From the human T2T-CHM13v2.0 reference genome, Homo sapiens, in the NCBI RefSeq assembly GCF_009914755.1, contig NC_060935.1: 64,000 nt of DNA, one strand, 5' to 3'. Positions 1-12,279 of the stretch are shown here, in pieces. The position numbers were made by a program, and so were the translations under genes. Numbering within the stretch: position 1 is the first letter of the stretch; each line of letters starts with the position of its first letter. A model generated the notes under the pieces. It was not told the origin of the DNA. It saw only the letters and a program-made list of their open reading frames with translations, and searched no databases.

Positions 1-11
1 ATTCCCTAAGA

Positions 12-250
12 GTATTGCTTAATGTTTAAGAACTCAGGATCTGGACTCATACTGACCTTAACTACTATTAATTCTGTGACCTTGGGAAAATCACTTAACC
101 TCTCTAAGCCTCAGCGTTCTTGTCTGTAGAATGTGGATAACAACAGAAACTATATCATAAAGTGTTGTGGGCATAAAATAAGAACGTGTGAAAAGTGCTT
201 AGTTCAGTGGATGGGAAGCGGCAAGCATTCAATAAAATGCTAATTATTAA
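12..250 (+). mobile_element. MIR SINE
   Basis: MIR core 'ctgtgaccttgggaaaatcacttaacctctctaagcctcag' and 3' end 'aagtgcttagttcagtg...attcaataaa'. Ends approximate. Confidence 0.85.
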
Positions 251-624
251 CACACGTTTTGAATGGCAAACTCATTAACTCTCCTAAGTAGTGATTTCTT
301 TCAATTGAATTATATTATACTTCCCTCTGGCTTATAATCTCTATTCATTCTTAATAGGGGTATAATTCAATACCTCTTGCTAATGTGAGGGATGGGATCC
401 ACTGGATTCTGCAGTTATGCCTTTTATGTAAGGTTTTATGCCTCCCTCTTTAGAGAAGGTATTATTCTTCAGGAATGTTTCTAAATGATCATGAATCATG
501 CAGCTCAAAGACCTCCACACAGGCCACATGCTCCTTGTTAGAGGAAACTACTTTGGCTTCTGCCCAGAGTGTTTCCCTCAGGTTTCAGAGTCAAATGCTA
601 TTGTTTCAGTATTTCTGTGAGACT

Positions 625-730
625 ATTCAATAATCATTATTAAACACCTACTGTGTTCCAGGCACAGTGTTTGGTCCTGAGTCTGTTACACTGAACAAGA
701 TGAGATCCCTCCTTGCATGGCCTCAGGGCA
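625..730 (-). mobile_element. L2 3'-end fragment
   Basis: 'ttattaaacacctactgtgttccaggcacagtg' is the reverse complement of the L2 3' terminus. Confidence 0.65.
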
Positions 731-1369
731 GGCTCTCCTGGAGCTCCCTGACACCTATGTACCAGCACTTCAACACAAAGATGGTCAACATTGGAGCCTT
801 CTAAGACCCTGGTCCGGCTCACTGTCAGCCTTGGGCCCAGGCCAGGAGGAAGGCCAGCTGGTTGCAGCAGGTGCAGATGCATTTTCCTGCCCACTGTCCT
901 GGTGCCCAATTCTCTGGATGCTCATAGTCTCCTTTGGAGGCTCTAGACTCTTTAAAACAATCTTGATAAAAGTAAGTCTTTGTGATTCATTTTTATGAAC
1001 ATTCAATTTTATGAACACTGACTGAGCTCAGGAAGCAAGTGGAATCCACATGTCTGTTAGGGCCTTGGCATGTTCAGCTCCTCTTAAAGTGGTCTGTGCT
1101 TGAGAAGCAAAGACAAAAGTAACTCAGAGTGGCCACCAACAGGAGACATGAGATTTATTTTCATTCTCTTTCTGTAAGCACGTTTTTGATCAGAACTGCT
1201 CCTCTTTGTGTCTCCAGAGAACAGCCTGTGTCTTACTCAGATCCCTTATTAAAATCCTGACATCCCTGGGTCTTATTAAGGTAAGAATTCTTGCTTGCAT
1301 CTATCTCTCTGTGTCTAGATTCTTGTAACATTTTACGTCAGACAGACTTTAAAGAGTGCAAGGAAAATG

Positions 1370-1633
1370 TATATGTGTTTGAGTAACTTCTATGTATCAA
1401 GCACTGAATACAATTATTATTTTACTTAATTCCCAAAGTAAAAGGAAGTGATAGCTTTATTTTATATAGAGAGGTTTATTTTATATAGGAGGAAGCGCTG
1501 GTAGATAGGTGTCAGGGAGCTCCAGGAGATGTAGAGAGGTCAAGCAACTTGCCCAAGATCATAAAGCAAGTGAACAACTGAGTTGGGACTGGAACCTAGG
1601 TCTAACTCCAAAGCTACATTTTCAACTCTACTA
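1370..1633 (-). mobile_element. MIR SINE
   Basis: 'gagaggtcaagcaacttgcccaagatcata...ggactggaacctaggtctaactccaaagc' matches the reverse MIR core. Confidence 0.75.
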
Positions 1634-1807
1634 GAGTTTCTCAATCTTGGCACATTTGGGGCCAGATAATTTTTTGTTGTTTGTATACCCTATATATTTA
1701 AGGATATTTAGCAGCATCCCTGACTTATACCAACTAGCTGCCAGTAGCACCACCCCCAGTTGTAACAGCCAAAATTTTCTCCAAATATTGTTCCATTAAA
1801 AACTACT
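1634..1807 (-). mobile_element. MER20 (hAT-Charlie MITE)
   Basis: 'gtttctcaatcttggcac...tttagcagcatccctg...ccagtagcaccacccccagttgtaac' matches MER20 in reverse. Confidence 0.8.
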
Positions 1808-3113
1808 AACTAATGCTAGGCTAGGGAAAAATCTAGCAGGTTATCTAAGCTATCTGTTCCAAAAAGTTCCAAAAATGCTGAATTATGTAAGGTGATATGT
1901 TAGGAACTGTGGGGATGCAAACATATATAAAACATTGTACCTTTAAGGAGTTTAATAAAAAGACTTTGGAATCGGGGGAAAGATGTCTAGATTGCCTGTG
2001 AGGACAACAATTTGTTTTTTTAGGTGAGGAAATTATTAATGAACTGCTGTCCCTTTGCTAATCTGAACAACATTATCCGTGCCCTACAATGATATGATGA
2101 AAATGTGAACAGTAATCATCACAGATATAACAACAATCATGCGATATTGACAGACTCTTACTGATTTTGCCAGTGAGGAAATTGAGACTGAGAGAAATAA
2201 TGTATTCTACTTTGAGCCATACAGCTGTGAAGAGGAAAGGCCAGGATGAGCATCATTTCTGTCTGGTTCCAACAGTGTTCAAGGGGATCACAAATGGTGA
2301 ACAGTCACAGATGCTGCAAAAGACCCAAGTGCAAGCAATTGGCAGAAACCTCAGAAGTAAAGAGAAAAATAGCAAATTAGTCATGAGTTTCAGTGCTGAG
2401 CAAAATGAGAATATTAATCAAACAAATTTGGAAAAGACATCCCAGATGTCTAGAGCCATTAGACTGTTTACGTAACATAGATGAAGACGTCACTTTGTTC
2501 AATGATCATTTAAGAATCAAATTGCAATATGTATTTGCCTCAAAAATAGACAACTGATTCTAACTGGTGATAGATTATAATAGAGGAAATAAGAAACATT
2601 GAGGCAATGGAAAGAAATTTTTTTTAATAACCTTTATTGTCTATAGGAAGAGAAATTCAAATGACTTTTTTTTTTCCACAGGACCTAGAGAAGTGCCTGG
2701 AACTCGGTTCAGCACAGGTGTGAGGCCTGATTTCCTCTTGTGATCAACTCACAGTGTGCTGGCAAGACCTGCCAATCCACTCCTCTGGGAGCCCATCTGT
2801 CACTATGCGGAGGTGTCACTACAAGAAAATGGTCAGGGTCACTTTGCTGTTGTCTTCATATGGCTGCAAGTCTTTTCTTTAGTGAGTGCAAGAAGACTTG
2901 ATTCAGTCTACCCTGAAATAGGGTCTTTGGTTCTTTTGTCTTCAATTTTGCTGTTCAAGAATTTTTTATTTCAAATTGCAACTTCCTTGGATTTTGCAGA
3001 TACATATATCATCTTTTTTTTTTACTAGCTATAGTAGAGAAATGAAAACAGTTTAATAAATGAAGAAAAGGAAAGTATGAATATTTGAAGAAATAGATTT
3101 GGCAGTTAAATAC

Positions 3114-3489
3114 TGATATGGTTTGGCTCTGTGTCCCCACCGAAATCTCATCTTAAATTCTAATCCCTGTAATCCCCACATGTTAAGGGAGGGACATAGT
3201 GGGAAGTGATTCGATCACGGGGGTGGTTTCCCCCATGCTATTCTCATGATAGCGAGTTCTCACCGAGATCCGATGGTTTTTATAAGTGTTTGACAGTTCC
3301 TCCTTCACATACACTCCTCTCTCTCACCTGGCACCATGTAAGACATGCCTGCTTCCCCTTCCACCATGATTCTAAGTTTCCTGAGGCCTCCCCAGCCATG
3401 CAGAAATGTTAGTCAATTAAACCTCTTTTCTTTATAAATTACCGAGTCTTGGGTATTTCTTTATAGCAGTGTGAGAACGGACTAATACA
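3114..3489 (+). mobile_element. THE1D-like MaLR solo LTR
   Basis: TGATATGGTTTGGCTCTG...ACTAATACA termini. Perfect 5-bp TSD AATAC at 3109-3113 and 3490-3494. ATTAAA polyA signal. Confidence 0.92.
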
Positions 3490-4573
3490 AATACTGTCTT
3501 AACAATGCTCTACTTTTCCACTTTCTAATTATTTCTGTTTTGTAAATTTTATCACTTAAGAAGTATCTCTAAGCTCCTCATGAAAGGTAGCACTTGTTTT
3601 TTCCTAAAAAGTGATAAGCACAGTAGCTGCTTAAAGTATTCTGACTGTCTTTAATTAATCTGAAGAAGACAAAAGAGCAACATGGAAGAAGAATTAAATT
3701 AAGAGTCAAGAGACTTAGTTTCTAGTCCAGGTTTCCCACAAACTAATTTTGCAACCTTCAGCAAGTCTTGGAGTTTCTTTGGGTAGCATTTGCCTCAATT
3801 TTACAACCCCATGCATAATCTATTTCTCCTGTCTACAGTAATGTAAGAACTATATAGTCACAGAGATTTGTCAAACCCCAGCTGTTAAACTTTATTTAAA
3901 TTTATTTAACTTCATGCACTGAAAATTGTTGAACCTGGATGATGGGATTAGGGTGGTTTACTATGCGCTCTACCTTTTTATATGTTGGAAATTCTCCAAA
4001 GTAATTTTTAAGACTTTGAGTGAAAAATATTCTGTAAAATGTTTCAATCGAATAAACTGTCTCAAGGGATAGATCTATTCATGCCCTGCCTAAAGGTGAC
4101 ACCACTTATATCAAGAGAGAGTCATGGTGGGGGTAGCAAGAAAACAAAACAATAAAACAGAATTTACAACTATATCTATAATATAACTTTATGATTAAAA
4201 GAAAATAGAATAATTTGGAACCTAATATATCAGGATCACTAAGTTTTTGAGGTAATTGTATTGCCACAAAAACTACCTCTTTTACTTCCCCTATGCACAT
4301 CCCCACACACAAAACATTGTTTAAGCTTTGAAATTACCCTTTAGGTTTCCAATTTTCCACAAATAGAAAGTTGTTTCTGAAGTTTCTACAGCCTTCAAGG
4401 AAGGTACCATTCCTACACTCACTTTAGAATGGCCAAGGAGAAAAATGCATGAAGAGAAACTTCTTTTTCAGTAGGGACATGGAGAATAGTGGGCAAAGGA
4501 GCAAAAGAGCCCCTGTCAGACAGTAAAGCCAGGGCTTAAGCAAGAACCTTTCGCTACACCTAAGATAGGGTGT

Positions 4574-4929
4574 CGATATGGTTTGGCTCTGTCCCCACCC
4601 AAATCTCATCTTGAACTGTAGTAATCCCCAAGTGTCAAGGGCAGGGCCAGGTGGAGATAATTGAATCATGGGGGCGGTTTCACCCATACTGTTCTCATGG
4701 TAGTGAATAAGTCCCATGAGGTTTATTGGTTTTAAAAAGGAGAGTTCCCCAGCACATGCTCTCTTGCCTGCCATCATGTAAGATGTGCCTTTGCTTCTCA
4801 TTTGCCTTCTGCCATGAGTGTGAGGCCTCCCCAGCCACGTGGAACTGTGAGTCAATTAAACCTCTTTCCTTTATAAATTACCCAGTCTCAAGTATGTCTT
4901 TATCAGCAGCATGAGAACAGATTAATACC
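4574..4929 (+). mobile_element. THE1B-like MaLR solo LTR
   Basis: 'gatatggtttggctctgtccccacccaaatctcatcttgaa...ataaattacccagtctc...taatac'. No clean TSD. Confidence 0.9.
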
Positions 4930-5249
4930 AGGGTCTTCCCAAGCATATGCTTAGTGGGATTTCACATTTGCTACGAAACAGTGTCCCGTTTGAAATGAGA
5001 TTTTCTATTCCAGTTATTCTGGGCGTGTTCGACCATTGTAAATGTCTATATTGACAACCAGATAACTAGAAGGAACAACAACAGGGACTCAGAGAGGAAA
5101 CTGTCATCAATGGAGATTCCAAATTTTGAGATGGGTGGAGTGCAATGAGTCACTATATGGGAGCTTGGGTTATCATCTTATGGAGATGGTGAATGTGTTC
5201 AAGGTATGAGAGAGAGTATAATAAAAATGTGATGCTCAAAAAGATGGAA

Positions 5250-5645
5250 TGGAGTAGAGAGTAGCTAAATGTTCACAAGTTCCACTTCCTCTTACTGGAC
5301 AAACAGGAAGATAACATTTCCAACTCCTCTTCTAGTTAAGTTGAAACCATATTTCTGGCTTCTGGTTAATGGCATGTGGATGGAAGTGATGAATGCCATT
5401 CCCAAGCCTGGCCTGCTGTTACCCATGTGATCTTGTATAGGGTCTGTCTCTCTCACCCACACAATCGCAAGTGAAGTATGATACTCTGAGATGAAAGGAG
5501 CCTGGATCCTTGAGTTGCCTCATGGGAGACAGCTGCACAAATGAACACTCTCCCCACGTCAGAGTATAACATGTGATAAATAGGCCTTATTCTCTTAAGC
5601 CACTGAGATTTAAAGGTTGTTGAAGCAACTAGCATTAATTACCTT
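5250..5645 (+). mobile_element. MLT1 (I/J-like) LTR
   Basis: 'acatttccaactcctcttctagttaag', 'gatgaaaggagcctggatccttgag' and 'ttaagccactgagattt' are MLT1 hallmarks. Confidence 0.7.
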
Positions 5646-7589
5646 AGATTTATGTTTTGGATAAAAGCATACATCTCCAAACAGCTTTCCAAGTAATAAC
5701 ACAACAATGTCATATAATATGAGCTATTATGTACATGAAATTTTCTTTGTATTGACAGTTTGGGGAATTCATTAATTATATTCCTTTGCCTTTTTTCTCC
5801 ACTTTTTATTCCTTAGATATTTAATGAATGTTTTGTGAATGCCTACTGTTTGTCAAATATTATTCTTCTTGCTAGGAATTCCTTAGGAAATAAACAGTGT
5901 TTCTGGTCACATGGTGCTTACAATCTTGTGAAAAAAATCTTCTGGTTCTTCTAAATAATCATTTTCAGAGATCTGTATCTGGAAAAAGATCTTTGGCCTT
6001 ATGCTATGTCTTTTTCAGAGCCCCATGATTCTTGACTTTTCATTTTATCGTCTCTTTAGTGGTCTTTATATGGGCAGACCTCTGTCAGGGCCAGCATTTA
6101 ACAGGCTTGCAGCATTTCCCTCACAGATCCAAATATGAAGGGAAAGCTTGGTGTTCATCTTCTAGCTCCATGTGTGACACTCAGGTGCAGGTTTGCTTTA
6201 CAAATATTCACTCTCTTCTAACCAATGCCACAATAACGAGCTTTGTAATTTCAATAGAAACTAATATTTTATTTATAATTCTTTGATCATTCAGTACAGG
6301 AGAAACCATACATCCTGGCATCTAATATTCCTAACATTCTTCCTCCCTTAAACCCCAATTTTAATATAGTCGCTTCCATTTGCAATGCCCCAAGATGCTG
6401 AGCTTTGAAAAGGTTTTTAAAGGTGAAGAAGTGCTGAAAGCAACAGAGAAAATGTCTAGCTGTAATTCCAAAATTAGTTGACCTAGGTTAGTGCATCCCC
6501 TAGATATAGGCAGTAAAGCAGATCAACATGTTTTAATATCTTCTTTCGGGAAGAGTTAGAGCATTTCATAGTAGGGAACAGAAGTAGCTAAAGAGGCCTG
6601 AATATTGGCTCTCCCACTCAAAATTATGGGACGTATGTCCTCGGACAAATCAATTAACCCAGCTAACATGTTTTATTACTCTACAAATGCACATATTAAT
6701 ATTGAAGTCCTCATAGGGTTGCTGTAAGGATTAAATGAGTATATGAAATGCTTCACATTAATATTGAGTTTCAGAAGGTGAACTCATAGTTTATTGCACA
6801 AGAAGGCATTTCTCAGTTTATGTTCATCATGGCACAGAGGAAAATCTCCCTTCGATTTGGTCAATTGTCCTTTTCAAATTTAGATTTCAGATTCAGTTTT
6901 CTGAATTTGTACGGGCTTTTCGATGGGAAGTTGGGAGAGGACATGTCAGGCAAGGCTTTGATAAGTTTAGAAACTCCTGCCTCATTTAAGGCAGAAATAA
7001 CCTTAAAGTGAACCCAACTCTGCAAAGGCACTGCAGACTGCTTTGTTTTATAATCACCAAAGTTTCAAGGGATCTTTGCTGACGTATTTGACTTGAAATT
7101 TAAATGTATGCTTTGTAACAGAAGGTTAGATAACAAGTTTACTTGGTTGTCAAAACTTTGTCTTAAAAATACTCCTAACTCCTTGGTGGTTCATTGCATG
7201 GCAGACATTGGTAGGGATTTTGCTACCAGAGGACTTATTGAGGTACTGTTTGTATATGCTGCCTGAGGTTATTGCAGCTGAAACATGATCTCCAAATATT
7301 TCCAGTGTTCTTGGAAATGCACAGTGGTTCCAAGGATAGAATATATCCTGGGTCTCATCACCCTAGCTAAACATTTTGGGATAGATACGTTTTCTGCGTA
7401 GAGTTTTGTCCAAAATACACAACTCTATCTCCAATGAAATAAGAATATTTCAATAATGTAAAGATAATATAAACAATAATATAAATGTAAATATGCTGCT
7501 CTGCCTCAATCTATGTGATATAGTTACTAAGGATAAAATAACAAAGTATAAATATGAAAACATGGGTCAGGATGCACAGATCTCATTAG

Positions 7590-8080
7590 AGGCAGTGGAG
7601 CCTAGTGGTTAGGTGTAGGGGCCATGCACTAAAATATATCTGGATTTGACTGGCATGGCCACCAGTAAGTGTGGGCTTGAATATATCATCTGAACATTCT
7701 GGTCCTTAATTTTCCTCTCTAAAAACTAGACATAAAACATTCCACTCCAAGGATATTTTTAACATTAGGTTTTTCCTCTCAATTTCTCATCGAGGTATAG
7801 TTTACCAACAGCGAAATACCCATATTTTATGTATAAAGTTTGATAAGTTTTTCAAATGCTTACAAACCCCTGTCATGATTTAGCACATTTTCATTACTTC
7901 AGAAAGTTCCCTGAGGCCCTCTTCCAGCTAATCCCTGTTGGTTCCACTCTAGTGATGTCTTTCATTATAAATTAGTTTTCCTTTTAAAAAAGACCGAGTT
8001 TTCAAATGAAATAAGGTGCCTAAAGTGTTTAGAATATTTCTTGGTATTTAATAAGTACTAAAAATGACTTTGGTTATTAT
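7590..8080 (+). mobile_element. MIR interrupted by an antisense L1M 3' fragment (about 7770-8000)
   Basis: MIR 5' 'gaggcagtggagcctagtggttag', then L1M-like 'atttagcacattttcattacttcagaaagttccctg', then MIR 3' 'aaatgaaataaggtgcctaaagtgtttag'. Confidence 0.6.
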
Positions 8081-8239
8081 TAGTATTTGTGCACAGAGTT
8101 ACAGGCTCAGATGACAGATGCACTGCAGCCACTAGAGAAGAATATGAGGGAAAATTCAAACTGACAGGAAATGAGTTGCATATAAAACATTAAGAAGGTA
8201 AAGAGGAAGATTAGAATATTTAAGTTAAAGCAAGATATT

Positions 8240-8480
8240 TTTTAAAGCTCATTGAATGCCTTCTAGATGTTAGCATTACACAACAAGTTTACGTTATTTT
8301 ATCTTCATAATACTCTAAGATATTTTTATCCCCTCTGCACCCATTTAGCAAATGAAAAAAAAAAAAAAAAGACCAGAGAAGTTAGGTAGCTTTCCAATGT
8401 CACATAGCACCATTAAGTAATAAAGCTGAGATTCAAGTATCTTTCCAACTCTGAAGCTCCATCCATTCTAATAGACCATC
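8240..8480 (-). mobile_element. MIR SINE
   Basis: 'cccatttagcaaatg...cagagaagttaggtagctttccaatgtcacatagc...gattcaag'. Confidence 0.7.
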
Positions 8481-8713
8481 ATGAGCTCTATATTAAAAAG
8501 CACATAAGGGAAAGGAAAATAACATTGATTGGGTCTTAAAATGGAAAGACATTAAGCTTGGTGCTTTTTGCACATTATTTCATTCAATTATCAGTGATGT
8601 TATTTTTTCCCCATTTTACTCTTGTGGAATATGCAATATAGAGAAGTTGAGCATCAGAGTTCACATGTTAGTCTAACTTCAAATGGCAATACTTCCCACT
8701 GTCTATCAAAAAA

Positions 8714-8918
8714 AATGAGAACACATGGACACAGTGAGGGGAACAACACAGGGTGTGGGTGGCAAGGGGAGGGAAAGCATTAGGACAAATACCTAATGTA
8801 TGTGGAGCTTAAAATCTAGATGATGGGTTGATAGGTACAGCAAACCACCGTGGCACATGTATACCTATGTAACAAACCTGCACGTTCTACACATGTATCC
8901 CAGAACTTAAGGTAAAAT
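8714..8918 (+). mobile_element. L1PA (PA8-PA10-like) 3'-UTR, heavily 5'-truncated
   Basis: 'gagaacacatggacac...gcaaaccaccgtggcacatgtatacctatgtaacaaacctgcacgttc...cccagaacttaa'. Confidence 0.9.
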
Positions 8919-9029
8919 TATATATATATATACACACACACATATATATACATATATATACTTATATATATACACATATATATACTTATATATATACACA
9001 TATCTATACATATATTTTATATATATATA
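8919..9029. repeat. (TA)n/(TACA) compound microsatellite in the L1 tail
   Basis: Alternating TA with interspersed CA, read directly. Confidence 0.9.
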
Positions 9030-9879
9030 ACAAAAAGAACATTTAGCTTAACCCATAATTCAGTTTACAAAAACTCAAATTCTACAAAACACTCCTCGAA
9101 AAGACCTACTGAAATCTCAGTATTTAGACTTGAGGTTAAAAGATGTGATGAAGGACTAAAGTTGAAAAACATGCATGGTGTGAATCAGGACTAGACCAGT
9201 GGACCCCTACTCCTTGCATACACATTTTAAATAATGTGTGGATTTATGTAAAATATCTCGTTGGTAATTGAGTTATATTTACTTTAGCTAATATATCAGC
9301 TATAATCTGAGTTTTTTGTTAACCACTTTCAAAATTCCTTTTTCTTTCATATAAGAAGACATAGCCTAATCTTAGGTAATAGAAATAAAACAATAAATAT
9401 GAACTTATGCTATCTTTAAAAATAAACTCATTAAAACACAGTAAATTTCCTGGCAATTGTGCAAGCTGAGAATTGAAATTGAGAAAATTTAGGATTTCTG
9501 ACCCCTATGAGAAGTCATTGCATTTACACTATACATTTCTTTTTATTCAACTAATATTTGATTAAAACCAAATACCATGGCACTTTTTACAATAAAAATC
9601 AATACTTTATGAAGCTATTATAAAAATTAAATGACACAAATAAGCATTTTATATTATTAAGAGCTCACACTTGCCCTAACATGACAAGTCAACTTTCTCA
9701 GTCAGGCTGTTCTAAATAAACTATTGCTGTTTGTGCAAGAGAATTGTGAAATCAAAGTTTTTTCAACCAGTTAACATGAAAGGATCTTTGATTCCAGCAC
9801 CAATGTATCTTCATTTGATGAAAATAAATATTTTAAGGCAATTTGCTAAGTTCACATCAAGCTCTCCTGGGTATGGTAC

Positions 9880-11484
9880 TGAGAGGTGACAACATGCTGG
9901 CGGCCCTTGCTTGCTCTCAGCACCTCCTCGGCCTCGGTGGCCAGAGTGGACACGCTTGAGGAGCCCTTCAGCCGGCTGCTGCAGTGTGGGAGCCCCTCTC
10001 TGGGTGGGCCAAGGCTGGAGCTGGCTCCCTCTGCTTGCAGGGAGGTGTGGAGGGAGAGATGCAGGCAGGAACCGGGGCTGTGCACTGCGATTGCGGGCCA
10101 GGGCGAGCTCCCGGTGGGCATGAGCTCAGTGGGCCCACACTTGGAATGGCCTGCCAGCACCGCTGGCTCTGGGGAAGTGAGGGGCTTAGCACCCGGGCCA
10201 GGAGGTGCGGAGGGGGTGCCGGGTCCCCCAGCACTGCCAGCCCACCCGTGCTGTGCTCGAATTCTTGCTGGGCCTCAGCCACCTCCCCACGGGGGCAGGG
10301 CTCAGGACCTGCAGCCCGCCATGCCGGAGGGCCCCCCAGGGTGGGCTCCCACGTGGCCCAAGCCTCCCCGACGGGCACCAACCCCTGCTCAGTGGTGCCC
10401 AATTGCATCACCACCCAAGGGCTGAGGAGTGCAGGCACATGGCACATGACTGGCGGGCAGCTCCAACCACGGCCCTGGTGCGGGATCCACTAGGTGAAGC
10501 CAGCTGGGCTCCTGAGTGGGGTGGGGATTTGGAGAACTTTTATGTCTAGCCGGAGGATCGTATATGCACCAATCAGCACTCTGTGTCTAGCTCAGGGTTC
10601 ATGGATGCACCAATCAGCACTCTGTATCTAGCTAATCTGGTGGGGACTTGGAGAACTTTTATGTCTAGCTAAAAGATTGTAAATACACCAATCAGCACTC
10701 TGTGTCTAGCTCAAGGTTTGTAAACACACCAATCAGCACTCTGTGTCTAGCTCAAGGTTTGTAAATGCACCAATCAGCACCCTGTGTCTAGCTCAAGGTT
10801 TGTAAACGCACCCATCAGTGCTCTGTGTCTAGTTAATCTAGTGGGTTACTTGGAGAACTTATACCTCTAGCTAGAGGATTGTAAATACACCAATCAGCAC
10901 TCTGTGTCTAGCTCAGGGATTGTAAACGCACCAATCAGCACCCTGTCAAAACGGACCAATCAGTGCTCTGTAAAATGGGCCAATTAGCAGGATGTGGGTG
11001 GGGTCAGATAAGGGAATAAAAGCAGGCTGTCCGAGTCAGCAGAGGCAACCTGCTCTGGGTCCCCTTCCACACTGTGGAAGCTTTGTTCTTTTGCTCTTTG
11101 CAATAAATCTTGCTGCTGCTCACTCTTTGGGTCCACACTGCTTTATGAGCTGTAACACTCACCACGAAGGTCTGCAGCTTCACTCCTGAGGCCAGTGAGA
11201 CCACAAACCCACTAGGAGGAATGAACAACTCTGGACGGGAGGAGTGAACAACTCCAGACGGGCCGCCTTAAGAGCTGTAATACTCACCGCGAAGGTCTGC
11301 AGCTTCACTCCTGAAGTCAGCGAGACCACGAACCCACCAGAAGGAAGAAACTCTGAACACGTTTGAACATCAGAAGGAACAAACTCCGGACACGCCACCT
11401 TCAAGAACTCTAACACTCACCGCGAGGGTCCGCGGCTTCATTCTTGAAGTCAGTGAGACCAAGAACCCACCAGTTCCAGACACA
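9880..11484 (+). mobile_element. LTR12 (ERV9) solo LTR, LTR12D/E-like
   Basis: TGAGAGGTGACAAC...CCAGTTCCAGACACA termini. GC-rich 5' U3, tandem CCAAT repeats and 'gaaggtctgcagcttcactcctga' repeats. 4-bp TSD GTAC/GTAT. Confidence 0.95.
10545..11021 (+). promoter_or_regulatory. ERV9 LTR U3 enhancer/promoter: about 41-bp tandem repeats with CCAAT (NF-Y) boxes, plus an AATAAAA TATA-like box
   Basis: Repeated unit 'caccaatcagcactctgtgtctagctcaaggtttgtaaa', then 'gataagggaataaaagc' near 11007-11023. This is the established ERV9 promoter architecture. Confidence 0.8.
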
Positions 11485-11699
11485 GTATCAGGAAGCAGAA
11501 TGAGTCTAAACCATTTTCAGAATTTCCCCAGGAATTAAAAACATAAATGCCTTCAACATGGCAGGAAATGTTTCCTACGTTTTAATTTCATGCACATGTG
11601 AGAAAGAGAAAATGCTCAGAGAACTTAGGTCAAGAATGCTATTCTAATATCTCTGGTTGCCAGACATCAGAATATTAAAATAAGCATAGTGAAAAAAAA

Positions 11700-12244
11700 T
11701 TCCACTTACACAAAGGATGAAGAATGCTGAAAGACAATGTTGTTCCCACCCAAACTACAAGGCAACAACAAGCAGTCCACAAAATGTAACTTATTTGGAT
11801 CCCATCAGATAACTGAGGTTGCAAGACAGCAAGAACTACACTGAATTACAAAGAGCGATAAGCTCCTTCAAGGAGAAAGAGGACACATGAACTGTTTATA
11901 GAAAATGAAAGAAGGAAATGGCTGCCATAATATTTGGTAATAGAACATCAGCTAAAATGTTAAATTTTTAAAAGCCAAGCATGGGCTAATATGAACGTTT
12001 AAAATGACTGGGAGCCTAAGACTTAAAAGGAGTTCACAAATATATACTCAAAAACCCTTTATCATGAGCTTCAACTAGATGCTCAAAAGAAAGACCAGAG
12101 TCAGGGAAACAGTAGCAACAGCACTACTAGGTGGTGCAAGCATGCAGGTTCTGATCAGTGCCACTGTGGGACGAGCAGGATACCTTACCTGCTTTCCAGG
12201 ACACTTCTCTCATAGAAAATAAAAGCTTTTAATCCACTGGGGGA

Positions 12245-12279
<35 letters not shown>

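Noticed and set aside
9852-10549. Overlapping 100-179 aa ORFs on both strands
   Set aside because: They lie in the GC-rich U3 of LTR12, where stop codons are rare. No domain similarity.
10545-10990. Regular repeats resembling a CRISPR array
   Set aside because: Head-to-tail ERV9 enhancer repeats with no unique spacers, no cas genes, and primate context.
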